Source: a virus
Taxonomy: Duplodnaviria > Caudoviricetes
IMG/VR virus record: IMGVR_UViG_3300026266_000001
Location: 1-36,984 of that record
Reading direction: 5' to 3' (one strand)
DNA: 36,984 nt
Of the stretch, positions 8,108 to 18,562 are shown piece after piece. The notes under the pieces are model-generated. The model was not told where the DNA came from. It ran no database searches and saw only the letters and a list, made by a program, of their open reading frames with translations. The translations under genes were made by a program, and so were the position numbers. The first letter of the stretch is position 1; each line of letters begins with the position of its first letter.

Positions 8108-8305
8108 TTACTCCTTACAACATTTACAAAGTTTTTCTTCTCGTCTTATTTCTTGGATAGCATCAAGACACCCAGCAATCATATTCATATACGCATTAAC
8201 TGTCATGTCTTTCCATATAGACTCATGGTCTATACATACTCTTAGCTTATCGCCAGTTGGTATAACATAAACTTGTGTGTCTTTATCGATCTTTATTGAT
8301 TTCAT
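8108..8305 (-). CDS. Hypothetical protein
   Basis: 65-aa ORF with RBS AAGGAG, in operon. Confidence 0.65.
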   Translation of the reverse strand: MKSIKIDKDTQVYVIPTGDKLRVCIDHESIWKDMTVNAYMNMIAGCLDAIQEIRREEKLCKCCKE

Positions 8306-8585
8306 CTAATTGCTCCTTAAGTTTACCAACTGATTCTTGCAGTTGCTCAATCCGCATGTCTTGAAGTGCATCATCTGGGAGCGCACCGAACTCACCTCTC
8401 GGCCATTTAACTCTGAACTCTGAGTTAAGAACTATATCTTTATTCTTTAATTCTAATTCATGCTCAAGAAAATTTAATCTTTCAGTTAAACCAAAGTAAC
8501 CATACACAGCTATACAGCTACCAGCTATAAGGCTTACAAGATTTCTTAATGGTATAGATATTACACTTGAGTCTGATACTTTCAT
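8283..8585 (-). CDS. Single-TM coiled-coil protein (possibly spanin-like)
   Basis: Start moved to 8585 (TAATG overlap with the upstream stop); TM segment NLVSLIAGSCIAVYGYFGL followed by heptads. Confidence 0.55.
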   Translation of the reverse strand: MKVSDSSVISIPLRNLVSLIAGSCIAVYGYFGLTERLNFLEHELELKNKDIVLNSEFRVKWPRGEFGALPDDALQDMRIEQLQESVGKLKEQLDEINKDR

Positions 8586-9019
8586 TATTTTTTCCTCATC
8601 ATAGCTCGTTGACCAAACCAGAAAGCAATAATGCAAGACACCATACCCTCATCGAAATCTGAATAGATCAAATCAAGATTCTCATGTAACTCTATGCCAC
8701 TTTGATATGCTTGAAAGATAGCTAAAGTTTTCGCAGCTAGATATGAGAACAAGAATAAGTATGTAATGACTGGTCTGCATGTAGCTGAGAATGTAGTAAC
8801 CCAACCAGCAGAGTTAGTAGCTAGTGTCTGATCATGCTTATATATATTTTCTGCCTCTGCTATGTCGGCTTGAGCGTTAGCAATATTAATTTTATGCTTG
8901 GACTGTGCTTCAAGTAATGCCAACTGCTGACGATGAGCCTGGCGTTTCTCAAAAATTCCTAGCAAAGATGGAATTGTACTGGAAAAGAATCCAAGTGCTG
9001 ATCCGAACAGGGCAATCAT
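8585..9019 (-). CDS. Putative holin (3TM holin-like)
   Basis: Hydrophobic N-terminus; WV....ATCRPVITY and IIAFWFGQR..KK motifs of the GTA/phage 3TM holin family. Confidence 0.7.
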   Translation of the reverse strand: MIALFGSALGFFSSTIPSLLGIFEKRQAHRQQLALLEAQSKHKINIANAQADIAEAENIYKHDQTLATNSAGWVTTFSATCRPVITYLFLFSYLAAKTLAIFQAYQSGIELHENLDLIYSDFDEGMVSCIIAFWFGQRAMMRKK

Positions 9020-9128
9020 GAAAAATTAATCCCATAAATGAGCGTAGAAAAGAAGTTAGGTATGTCTATATAGTATAAGGTCATAGAGTTTAAATCTTTC
9101 TGTATGGCTTTCTATTCAATCGAGAGAG

Positions 9129-9272
9129 CTAACTGTCATTTTCAGTAGTAGTTTTTATCTCAATAGAGATATTCTGGTCTGATGGTAGCTGAGCATTGAC
9201 TCCAATGTGGCTAGACGCACAACCAGATACAGTTATTCCAAATAAAATTATAAGGGATAGTGCATACTTCAT
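9129..9272 (-). CDS. 47-aa lipoprotein, possible o-spanin (not in ORF track)
   Basis: MKYALSLIILFGITVSGC|ASSHIGVNAQLPSDQNISIEIKTTTENDS*; lipobox VSGC; RBS GGAGG. Confidence 0.65.
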   Translation of the reverse strand: MKYALSLIILFGITVSGCASSHIGVNAQLPSDQNISIEIKTTTENDS

Positions 9273-9479
9273 TTAATTTCCTCCAAGTTTAGTTAAAAAA
9301 TTTGTAATGCCAGCTGATAATCCACCAGCTGCAAAAATAATTCCGAACAATAGACCTCTACCTCTTGCTACTTGTAGCTCCATGTTCTGTAATCTCTTGT
9401 TCAAGTCCTCAACTTGATCTGTTAGTTTATTAACAGCGTTAAGTAATTTACCTTGTTCAACAGGAGATAGGCCAGCCAT
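9273..9479 (-). CDS. Small coiled-coil protein with C-terminal TM segment
   Basis: Heptad N-terminus, then GLLFGIIFAAGGLSAGI. Confidence 0.7.
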   Translation of the reverse strand: MAGLSPVEQGKLLNAVNKLTDQVEDLNKRLQNMELQVARGRGLLFGIIFAAGGLSAGITNFLTKLGGN

Positions 9480-9838
9480 TATTCTTCATCTCTTGGATCA
9501 GCAAAATCTTCATCAGCAACCCATCCATCTTCTTCTGTATAAAAATATTTATTAGCTATCCAATCCTCTGGTGTATCAGTTACTCCTGTGTAATGATTAG
9601 TATTAGATGAATTCAAGTCAGCTACTATTAAAAGTTCTTCACCATCAGCACCACTAACTACCAATCTAGTATCTGTAATAGATACAACTTCTTCATCAAG
9701 AAATATAAAAGGACATCTATCTTTATATCTATCTACTACATCAAATTCTTCTGCTACTTCATTACCTGATTCATCAGTATAATTATTAGTTAATGTTACA
9801 GTTTCATCTTCTCTGTTTAATGTTATTACTTGTGTCAT
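9479..9838 (-). CDS. Acidic tail-fibre-associated protein (possible chaperone)
   Basis: Downstream of the giant fibre; C-terminal PEDWIANKYFYTEEDGW. Confidence 0.6.
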   Translation of the reverse strand: MTQVITLNREDETVTLTNNYTDESGNEVAEEFDVVDRYKDRCPFIFLDEEVVSITDTRLVVSGADGEELLIVADLNSSNTNHYTGVTDTPEDWIANKYFYTEEDGWVADEDFADPRDEE

Positions 9839-10182
9839 TCTTCTTCTCCTGTTGGTACAATGTCATCAGGTTTTAATGTGAACCCATCATCTACAGTATA
9901 ACAATACTTACCATCTTCATAATCATCTGGTAATTCTATATCTGAATATATTGTAGATGTATCTGGAGTAGCATCAGCTATAGTAACATAAGGAACAGAT
10001 GTTTCATCTGATACATGAGTTCCTTTTTCAGTAGCATCTAAGTTCCATTCATTAGGATAAGCCCTCATTACTACATTCTCATGGAACAAAGTAATCTCAG
10101 GAACATCTCCTTCAAAATCTTCTGGTACTTCTGGTGTATATGTAATGTCCTCATTATTATTTACTATTATTTTTTTCAACAT
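9835..10182 (-). CDS. Acidic tail-fibre-associated protein, likely paralogue of 9479-9838
   Basis: C-terminal PDDYEDGKYCYTVDDGF parallels the neighbouring protein. Confidence 0.6.
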   Translation of the reverse strand: MLKKIIVNNNEDITYTPEVPEDFEGDVPEITLFHENVVMRAYPNEWNLDATEKGTHVSDETSVPYVTIADATPDTSTIYSDIELPDDYEDGKYCYTVDDGFTLKPDDIVPTGEEE

Positions 10183-10191
10183 GATAAGCTC

Positions 10192-13100
10192 CTAATGTCC
10201 ATGACTTGATTTAATATATAGATCAGTAGCAGATAAAGCTACACCAACTTCTGTATTGCCAGTAGCTGTGTGAGTAAATGTAGCATCATCTGAGCTTACA
10301 TATACTGGACTACCAGCAGTTAGTCCTGATTGTTTTGTGTTCGTTTCACCTAAAGCAGTAATGGTAACATTAGCTCCATCAGCAACAGTACTTGTTGCAG
10401 CTCCTATGAATGTACCAGTACGATCATACGCTCCAAATCCTACACACCTAGACTTAGCATAGTAGGTACTAGAGCTAGACCCCCAGTTTAATAAGGCTAA
10501 CCCTGTTGTTGGATGTACACCTACAGTCCTTGAGAATCCAATGTCACCATAGAATTCAGTAGGTGTAACAGCAAACTCATTAACAACTGTTGTTCCGCTA
10601 GTCCATTCGCCATTCGGCGACACTAAAGTATTAGCACCTCCATCAATAAAGTTTAACTCACCAAAATGTATTGGTTCATTTTGATTGCTAGTTTGTTTGC
10701 CCATAAACATATAAGTTTTTTGAGCAGCCGGACTATAGTAAAGAGTTAACAACCTCCAAGAAGAAGCAAAGCCACCAGCGTTAGGAGTTATATCACTCCA
10801 GTTTGTTGTCCAACTGCCACCATTTCTTTTAAAGTTAACGCCTTGCCATCTACTATCATTGCTGTGTTTTCTTACACCACAAAAGATTTTTTTAGCACTA
10901 TCATATACAATAGACATAGCAACTGTGCTACTGTCTGGTGTTATATTAACTTGATAAACATAATGATCAAGACTGTTGGAGGTATTAGTAAAGTAAATAT
11001 AGTTACCTCTAATAGATGAAGTACCACTACCACTAGCAAAGCCATAAACTAAACATGCTTGTTCATCTGGATTCCAGACTATACCACTTGACCATCTATA
11101 CGACCAACCAGTACGAGTAGTCCAACCCCAGCTACCGAAGCCATCATAAGCACTATGACTATTAAACTGATAACCGCTATTACCAGAACTAGTAAAGCTA
11201 CAAGCAATAACACGCTTATAACCAGCACTCCACGATTGGTTATAATCTGACATAGTTACAAACTGATCGTACTCATTATTAGGTCCTGACTTACCACCAG
11301 TAGTAGAATTTACACATTCAATAACTTGTGTAACACCCTGACCAGTTGGATCCCACGCACTTCCAATAATATTACTTTCATACATTGTAGTTAATGCTGT
11401 TCCATTTACTTTAATAGCTCTTAAATAAAAGTTACTTGAGTACCCATGATATAACATAAGCGTTGGTTCACCATTATAATTCTTTACTTCACATATAGCT
11501 GGGAAACCAGATGATGATCCCCAAGATAAAGGAGTACCCCATGTAATATTACCAGTACCATCATCTGTACCACATGCAACATGACAATGATTACTATTAT
11601 CTAACCATGTCTGATACCATTTACCACTGTGTCTACCATAATGTGTTTCACCAATATAACTACTTGAGTTTGAGTTTGTTCCATCTGGAGTTTGAAGCGC
11701 TGTCTTAGTTATAGTAGCATTAGTACCTTTTAATGTTCTAGCTGCCTTACCATCTGATGTTACAGAAACAGGATCACCCTCAGTAATAGCTCCATCAGCT
11801 ACTAATGTAAGACCACCGCCTCCACCTCCACCAGAAGAAGAACCAGCGTTCAACCATAGTTTGTTTGTATCTAATGCTGTACCTAAATCTACCGTACCAG
11901 TAGTACCAATGACACCAGTCACACCAGTCTTGTATTCCTCATTAATTGTAAGACCAGATACAGATGTATTAATACCACCACTGATTGTAATAATAACTGG
12001 TTGTCCAGCAGTTGCAGCTGAATTAGATATACCTAAGAATGTATTGCCAGTTAAGTTAGATGAAGTTTGCGTTTTACCTGAGTAGTAATGTATGTAACCA
12101 TTAGTACCTTGTCTGTATATAACATGGAAACCACCATAAGCATCAGCAGCAGATTGTTTGTAATATACAGGAGGCCATGCGTTTTCCATTAATCCATTAG
12201 CTGGAGTATAGTGTTCTGTTTCTGTAGCTGTATAGTTTCCAGATGTTGCTGTTATAGTAGCAACTTTAAACTTATTGCTGTCACCTCTGTCTACAAAACC
12301 ATAATAAAACTTATCATCTACTTCATCATAACGAAGATTAGAACCATTCTGAACTGCTACATAAGAATAACTTGATGAATTATCCATAGTAAATAAGGAT
12401 GTTGTATCATTGGATGCTGTACTCCATGAAGAACCAGAGGATTGAGTACATTCTAATGTAATCATACCCACATAAGACTGATTTGTTCCATACTTTGCGT
12501 AATAAAGCACACCATTTTTCTGTTGATCTGGATTATAAGCAACATCCAGCACATCGTATGTAAGACCACCAGCAGATTTTACAGTTTCTGAATACTGCCT
12601 ACCGTATACTCCATAACCACCCTGATAATCTAATCTTTCTACCTTTATATCATTAGAAGTATAATCAAGATAGTAATATAGAATTTTACTTTTGCTTTTA
12701 TCATATTCCATTACTGGTTTAGATGAAGTAGCGTAATTACCTCTTTGCTGTTCATAACCCCAGCCACCACTTTGTCGTCTATTAAATGACATATTTTGAT
12801 TGTAACCTGTAGGATAAGCCCATGCTATGTGCCAGTATGCCTGACCACTAACATAAGACTTAAATGTTATTACTAAGTTTCTATTACTTCTATCCCAACA
12901 CATATCAAACCAATCAGGAGATTGATTCTGTCCACCTCCAGAGAATTGGTAGAAACCACCATAAGTATTGCTGGCTTGGTCATCCTGAGGAGATATTTGA
13001 TTGCCAATAAGAGTAACCCAACCACACCCATAGCGTGTATAACTTTGGTTTGTTCTCATAGCATAGGCATATATTTCACGATCACCGTATTGAGCGTTGT

Positions 13101-15879
13101 AACCCTCGCCACCTGTGGCACTTGCCATGTTAGCTTCATACATTAGTTTTAAATGGTTACCACCTAAGTCACCGCTATATTGTGTTGATCCACTATTAGC
13201 TATAAACTCTGTACCCCATGTTAGACTACCATCACTATCACTTACTGTTGCAGCCCTTAAACACATTTGACTTGAACTGTTTCTATACGCAATAATAACT
13301 GCTTTCTCAGTTAAGTTATAATCCCATCCTATTAGTCTAGTACTGATATTTGTAACAGAACCCTCAGTTTTGCTGAAAGCTGTAGTTTCTGCTATTTGTT
13401 GAGCCTTACCAGTAGATGTTAATATAACTGGTTTACCAGCAGCAACATCTCCATCAGCAGTTACAGTTACATCAGCAACAGTAGATACTGGTAAGTTAAC
13501 TAAGTTAGAGCCATCTACTTGTGGTAGCTTAGCTTTAGTGTGTAAGAAAATTTTTGTTGCACTTATAGCTGTACCTACAAACACAGAGTTATCGTCTTTA
13601 GTAGTAGTTAGACCACCAGATGTAGTAGCATAATAGTCTGTATTAACTGTAAGACCAGTCTGATTATCATTAACACCACCGATAATATTAATATCTACAT
13701 TAGCTCCATCTGATACAGTTTCACTTGATAGCCCTAAGTATGTATCTATATTTAAGTTATGAGAAGTTGAGAAACCATAGTAATAAGTCCAGGTCTTAAT
13801 CTTACTGCTATCAGAGACATCTCTTATTGCTGCCAATACACCTTTACCAGCTTTATATACTGATGATCTTGGTCCTATTCTACCATCGCCTGTTAGAATT
13901 GTACCACCAGAACCTACAGTAAGAGCTGATCCATTACTTGTTATTGTTTTATATTTAGTGTGGTCACTATCATCTGCATCTCTATATATAAATAAAAATT
14001 CATTAGAATCAGAATTGTAAACAAGTGATGAGTTTTCACCAGCAGCACTCGATAGATTAATGACATCTGTTGCACTTGAGAAAGATATAGTATTAGTTGA
14101 TCCTCCTGTTACTGTACCTATTCTTGCTTCTTGTTTTTGTTGTGTATCATTATAGTAAGTGACAACAACTTTTTGATTATCTGAATCATAAGTAGCAGAA
14201 ATTTCCTCTGTATGATCTACCTCACCAGCAATATATGCTCTTGCTCCAATATTAACGGTTGGATTACTTGATGTTCCTGTTGATTGTATTACAAAAGCTG
14301 ATCCATAAGCCTGACCAAGATGATTTCTTTTAGTAAAGTATACAGCTCTTTGGGCATTTGAATCCCAGACAAAATCTGTTTCATAATTTGAAGCTGTAGT
14401 TGTATGAGAATATATAGCTGACTTTGCACCTAATGTTGTAGCACCATCTGATGCTATATATACTGGTCTACACCATGTATAGTTTTGGGAATCAGAAGCT
14501 GAATAAGCAATTAACACATAATTATTAACAGTATCATACACCATTTTATAATCTAATGGAGTTGAACCAGCTGGAGCAAAGTCTACTTCACTTCCTACTT
14601 GTGTTAAAGTTGTTCCGCTTACACTATATACTTTAAATTTACCATAATTGCTTTGATCTCTGCATGTTGTAAAAACATAACCTCTACCGCTTGATATATG
14701 AATAACATCATCGACACTACCACCATCAATAGTTGTTCCAGTACCCCATGTAATTGTACCGTTAGACCAAGTACCAGCATACAATTCGTTAATTGTACCA
14801 TTTGATACAGCTACTAAATAAACATCATTTGTTTCATCATAATGTACTGCTGTATACCCTTTATCAGATAATCTTCCACTATCTATTTGTGTAGGAGTTC
14901 CAGTAGTTGGGTTAGCATCTTGTGTATTTGTTGAGCTAACTTCTTTAGCTTTACCAGCAGCTGTCATTTCAACAACCTTGCCAGCTGTAATACCACCATC
15001 AGCTACAAATGTTTCTACTCCACCATTAGCTGGTAGGTTTAAAATCTGATGACCATTTAAGTCTAAGTTTCCACCAAGTTGTGGAGTTGTATCTTCTACA
15101 ATATTTGCCATTGGTCCAGCTGGCCCTTGAGGACCAGTAGCTCCAGTAGCACCAGTAGCACCTTGAATACCTTGAATACCTTGAGGTCCAGTAGCTCCTT
15201 GTGGTCCAGTTGCACCAGTAGCTCCAGTAGGTCCAGTTAAGTCAGGACTTGTTACTGTAATATTAGAACCAGCAGACATACTATGTACTATGTCATAAGT
15301 TCCATCTCCATTATCAGTTAAACTAATTCCTGTAATATGTGTACCAGTAGCTCCAGTATTACCAGTTGCACCTTGAGGCCCGGTATTTCCTGTAGGTCCA
15401 GTTGGTCCTGTAGGTCCTGTGTTTCCTGTTGCACCCTGAGGTCCAGTTGCACCAGTAGCACCAGTAGCTCCTCTTAAATTCTGTGATGTAAAGCTATGAC
15501 TACTACTATCAGAAAAAGTTATAGTAATAGTTTCTGTAAAATTATTGTTTGATGTAGAAGAAAATCCTGTAACAGTAATACCAGATGTACCAGCTGGTCC
15601 AGTCGGACCAGTAGGTCCAGCTGGTCCTTGCGCTCCAGTTGCTCCAACACTTCCAGTAGCTCCAGCAGAACCAGTAGGTCCAGCTGGTCCAGTTAAATCA
15701 GGAGTTACAATAGTATATGTCTGACCACCTACAGCAGTAAATACAATATCAAGAGTACCATCACCATTATCAGTTTTAGATACTCCGCTAAAACCAGTTG
15801 TAACACTACTACCATCTAAATCAACAGTTCCTACTGAACCGTCTGTTATCATTCTTCCGTGTACTGTAGTTATAGCCAT
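10192..15879 (-). CDS. Giant (1895 aa) tail fibre/adhesin with collagen-like stalk and three repeated beta-rich modules
   Basis: Gly-X-Y runs near the N-terminus; three modules each beginning (V/T)ADGxxxxGxxV...GKA and ending GLTxxxxY...GxA. Confidence 0.8.
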   Translation of the reverse strand: MAITTVHGRMITDGSVGTVDLDGSSVTTGFSGVSKTDNGDGTLDIVFTAVGGQTYTIVTPDLTGPAGPTGSAGATGSVGATGAQGPAGPTGPTGPAGTSGITVTGFSSTSNNNFTETITITFSDSSSHSFTSQNLRGATGATGATGPQGATGNTGPTGPTGPTGNTGPQGATGNTGATGTHITGISLTDNGDGTYDIVHSMSAGSNITVTSPDLTGPTGATGATGPQGATGPQGIQGIQGATGATGATGPQGPAGPMANIVEDTTPQLGGNLDLNGHQILNLPANGGVETFVADGGITAGKVVEMTAAGKAKEVSSTNTQDANPTTGTPTQIDSGRLSDKGYTAVHYDETNDVYLVAVSNGTINELYAGTWSNGTITWGTGTTIDGGSVDDVIHISSGRGYVFTTCRDQSNYGKFKVYSVSGTTLTQVGSEVDFAPAGSTPLDYKMVYDTVNNYVLIAYSASDSQNYTWCRPVYIASDGATTLGAKSAIYSHTTTASNYETDFVWDSNAQRAVYFTKRNHLGQAYGSAFVIQSTGTSSNPTVNIGARAYIAGEVDHTEEISATYDSDNQKVVVTYYNDTQQKQEARIGTVTGGSTNTISFSSATDVINLSSAAGENSSLVYNSDSNEFLFIYRDADDSDHTKYKTITSNGSALTVGSGGTILTGDGRIGPRSSVYKAGKGVLAAIRDVSDSSKIKTWTYYYGFSTSHNLNIDTYLGLSSETVSDGANVDINIIGGVNDNQTGLTVNTDYYATTSGGLTTTKDDNSVFVGTAISATKIFLHTKAKLPQVDGSNLVNLPVSTVADVTVTADGDVAAGKPVILTSTGKAQQIAETTAFSKTEGSVTNISTRLIGWDYNLTEKAVIIAYRNSSSQMCLRAATVSDSDGSLTWGTEFIANSGSTQYSGDLGGNHLKLMYEANMASATGGEGYNAQYGDREIYAYAMRTNQSYTRYGCGWVTLIGNQISPQDDQASNTYGGFYQFSGGGQNQSPDWFDMCWDRSNRNLVITFKSYVSGQAYWHIAWAYPTGYNQNMSFNRRQSGGWGYEQQRGNYATSSKPVMEYDKSKSKILYYYLDYTSNDIKVERLDYQGGYGVYGRQYSETVKSAGGLTYDVLDVAYNPDQQKNGVLYYAKYGTNQSYVGMITLECTQSSGSSWSTASNDTTSLFTMDNSSSYSYVAVQNGSNLRYDEVDDKFYYGFVDRGDSNKFKVATITATSGNYTATETEHYTPANGLMENAWPPVYYKQSAADAYGGFHVIYRQGTNGYIHYYSGKTQTSSNLTGNTFLGISNSAATAGQPVIITISGGINTSVSGLTINEEYKTGVTGVIGTTGTVDLGTALDTNKLWLNAGSSSGGGGGGGLTLVADGAITEGDPVSVTSDGKAARTLKGTNATITKTALQTPDGTNSNSSSYIGETHYGRHSGKWYQTWLDNSNHCHVACGTDDGTGNITWGTPLSWGSSSGFPAICEVKNYNGEPTLMLYHGYSSNFYLRAIKVNGTALTTMYESNIIGSAWDPTGQGVTQVIECVNSTTGGKSGPNNEYDQFVTMSDYNQSWSAGYKRVIACSFTSSGNSGYQFNSHSAYDGFGSWGWTTRTGWSYRWSSGIVWNPDEQACLVYGFASGSGTSSIRGNYIYFTNTSNSLDHYVYQVNITPDSSTVAMSIVYDSAKKIFCGVRKHSNDSRWQGVNFKRNGGSWTTNWSDITPNAGGFASSWRLLTLYYSPAAQKTYMFMGKQTSNQNEPIHFGELNFIDGGANTLVSPNGEWTSGTTVVNEFAVTPTEFYGDIGFSRTVGVHPTTGLALLNWGSSSSTYYAKSRCVGFGAYDRTGTFIGAATSTVADGANVTITALGETNTKQSGLTAGSPVYVSSDDATFTHTATGNTEVGVALSATDLYIKSSHGH
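15115..15695 (-). repeat. Collagen-like (Gly-X-Y)n coding repeats in three blocks
   Basis: GPTGATGATGPQ-type runs separated by short beta domains; TDNGDGT.DIV...PDLTGP occurs twice. Confidence 0.9.
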
Positions 15880-15881
15880 TG

Positions 15882-16340
15882 TTATTCTCCTTTAGGATTC
15901 CTTTCTTTTATATCTTTTATAGTTTCTCTCCATGCGTCTATGTCGTGATATATCATATCTAATTGTTCTGCTAGTTTAGGGTATTCGTTTCTTCTTTTAC
16001 CAGAATAATCTAAATCTTCCTCTCTTATTCTTTGTTCAAGAACACCAGCATCATTCCTTGCTACATACAATTCATACCCTTTACTTACTTGACCAACAAA
16101 AGGGATAATTAATTCATAAGAATCATCTATTTTATCTGGACCCATTTGTGTTCCATACTCATTATCACCTAGTACTTGTATATAGTAACCATCAGATTCA
16201 GAATCAGACCTTGCTTGTTGGTCTAATAGTTGTTGAGCATAGGCTTCATCTTGAGCAGCAGCTTCTTTTTCTGCTTGCTCCATTTCCTGTGCTACTTTTT
16301 CTTCTCTTTCTTTTATTTGTTCTTCTGTATATTTTGGCAT
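15882..16340 (-). CDS. Tail-fibre assembly-like protein
   Basis: C-terminal RRNEYPKLAEQLDMIYHD...W...IKDIKERNPK motif common after marine phage fibres; start 16340 by TAATG overlap. Confidence 0.6.
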   Translation of the reverse strand: MPKYTEEQIKEREEKVAQEMEQAEKEAAAQDEAYAQQLLDQQARSDSESDGYYIQVLGDNEYGTQMGPDKIDDSYELIIPFVGQVSKGYELYVARNDAGVLEQRIREEDLDYSGKRRNEYPKLAEQLDMIYHDIDAWRETIKDIKERNPKGE

Positions 16341-18562
16341 TATCTTAATCCCCAAGCAAGTATGTTAGCTTTAGTTAAACTACAGGAAGTTCCATCATGT
16401 TTAGCATATAGTTTAAATCTAATTGCACTTGTTGTCTTTCCTGTTGCAGATATTTGTGATGGTATTCTAGCATTAAGGTGCATATTAGATACATACCAAT
16501 CTTCATATATATCATGTAATACATACTCAGTACCCTCTGTGCTTCCTGTTAATGTACATGCAGTTAGTTTTCCATATATACCATCAGATGTACTGCTGAA
16601 ATATAAACTAGCAAAAGCCATAGCAGCATGGCCCTCTGCTGTTGATCCTGTATTATCTGGTGCTGGTAAATCACAAGTAAGTTTTAATACATAAGAAGAT
16701 GTTAAAGATGATGAACCAGATGTTTCTGCTACTTGGTTTTTATTAACATCTCCTCTAATTTTATTAGCTTGTAAAGAATCAATAACAGCATCACGAATAT
16801 TAGTAACACCATTTACAACCTCAAATGGGGTTTTTGCAGTACCAACATTATTTCTATCTGCTATCCAAAATCTATCAGCATTTACAGCAAATTGTGTAGT
16901 TGATCCACTTACTTCATTAGCTGAAGATATTAAGCCAAATCCACTAACATAACCATTTGAAGAAATTTTAACAGAGTACTTGCCTTGTATTCCATTTATA
17001 CTTTGAGTGTTAGTAGATACTAATGTTGTGTTATCGCCTACTGTTGTACTTAACTGTGTAACTGTTGCAGCTTGAGCATTAGCTGTACTCTCTGCAGATG
17101 CAGCAGTTGTGGTTACAGCATTTAATTCTGATATTGTAGCAAGTACTCTATTACCAGTACCACCAGTTACAATAGATTCTAAACTATTTAATCTTGTGGC
17201 ATGGGATGTTGTAGTACCATTAATTGTACTTACAGTAGCATTTAATGAGTTGTATTCATTAAGTGTAGCTAATCTTCTTGTAGTTCCATCTGCTTCAAAT
17301 ACTTGTGACTCAAGATTGGTAATTCTATTTAAGTCTAATGTTATAGTACCAGTACCTTGCACTTGTAATAATTCTAAAGCAGCTACCCTTGATGTTAGTG
17401 ATGTAGATGCAGAACCATTAACAGTATTATCTAACGATGATGTTAATGTTTCTAATGCAGTTATTTTAGTTCCTTGATCTGTAATAATTTGCACACCATT
17501 TTGTGTAATAATGTTTTCAAGAACCAAGACTCTGCCATCTACTGTAGAAATATTAGATATTTGATCTTGTAGTGATGTAGATAATTGTGATGTATCTATT
17601 CTGTTTGATGCAGCAGATATATCAGCAAGTAATTTATCTAAATCTATATTAGCTTGAGTTATTTCTGTACCAGATAAATCAATAATAGTTCCTGAACCAG
17701 ATGATACTGTTGAAGAAAAATCTCTTATTTCAATAGAAGCACCTACAGGAGGAGAAGTTGTAAATGTAATAACATTATCGGATAATGAATAGTTATTAAC
17801 ATTCTGTAATACACCATCAATAATAACTAATATGGACAAGACACTACTAGGTCTTGCTGATAGAGTTAGTGTTGTTTGACCAGAAGAAGTATATGTTGTT
17901 GATATAGGTTGAACCCTACCAAATACCAAATCCCATGCTGTGCCTGTCCATATCCGTGTTTCTAAAGCTGTTGTATTGTAATATAAGTCACCAGTTTGTA
18001 ATGCAGTACCGTCTGGCCTGTTAGTTAAATCAGTTGAAAAAGCTCCAAGATACTCAGTAATAGCAGATGTTTTAGTGGTGACATTACCAGATGAGTCAAA
18101 AGCCAAGAGCTTTCCAGCCCTTGAAGTCGCAGTAGGTAGATTTCCTGGCGTACCCTCTTGTATAGGTGCTGAAATAGATTGATCAACTTTTAACTCCAAG
18201 TCTTGTAAGTTTCTTGTTACCCTTGATAACTCAACATTGAGGTCCTCAATATCAAAATACCCTCCTGTGTTGTAGTCACTTGTTCTTGATATAGATGTAT
18301 CTCTGATTATGTCAACGGTCACATTACTTTGTGCTGTAGCAAATTCAATAGTAGTAGAACTAGCAGTACCTATGTTATTTAATATGTATGCTGTTCCTGT
18401 CTGTCCTGATAGAGAAGCTACTTGTGTAGCCTCTACATCATTCACAAAAACCTTAATATCCGCAGCTTGTTCAGTAGCAAACGGTACTGAGAATACAGTT
18501 TGTGATGATGTGCCAACAGTATATTCTACTCTTGGGCTTGTATCTGATACACTTATTGCCAT
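16340..18562 (-). CDS. Tail fibre with T7 gp17-like N-terminal anchor, coiled-coil and DUF1983-like segment
   Basis: N-terminal FSVPF...DIKVFVN...IIRDT...DLNVEL; C-proximal YSVKISSNGYVSGFGL...FAVNADRFWI...PFEVVNG. Confidence 0.8.
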   Translation of the reverse strand: MAISVSDTSPRVEYTVGTSSQTVFSVPFATEQAADIKVFVNDVEATQVASLSGQTGTAYILNNIGTASSTTIEFATAQSNVTVDIIRDTSISRTSDYNTGGYFDIEDLNVELSRVTRNLQDLELKVDQSISAPIQEGTPGNLPTATSRAGKLLAFDSSGNVTTKTSAITEYLGAFSTDLTNRPDGTALQTGDLYYNTTALETRIWTGTAWDLVFGRVQPISTTYTSSGQTTLTLSARPSSVLSILVIIDGVLQNVNNYSLSDNVITFTTSPPVGASIEIRDFSSTVSSGSGTIIDLSGTEITQANIDLDKLLADISAASNRIDTSQLSTSLQDQISNISTVDGRVLVLENIITQNGVQIITDQGTKITALETLTSSLDNTVNGSASTSLTSRVAALELLQVQGTGTITLDLNRITNLESQVFEADGTTRRLATLNEYNSLNATVSTINGTTTSHATRLNSLESIVTGGTGNRVLATISELNAVTTTAASAESTANAQAATVTQLSTTVGDNTTLVSTNTQSINGIQGKYSVKISSNGYVSGFGLISSANEVSGSTTQFAVNADRFWIADRNNVGTAKTPFEVVNGVTNIRDAVIDSLQANKIRGDVNKNQVAETSGSSSLTSSYVLKLTCDLPAPDNTGSTAEGHAAMAFASLYFSSTSDGIYGKLTACTLTGSTEGTEYVLHDIYEDWYVSNMHLNARIPSQISATGKTTSAIRFKLYAKHDGTSCSLTKANILAWGLR

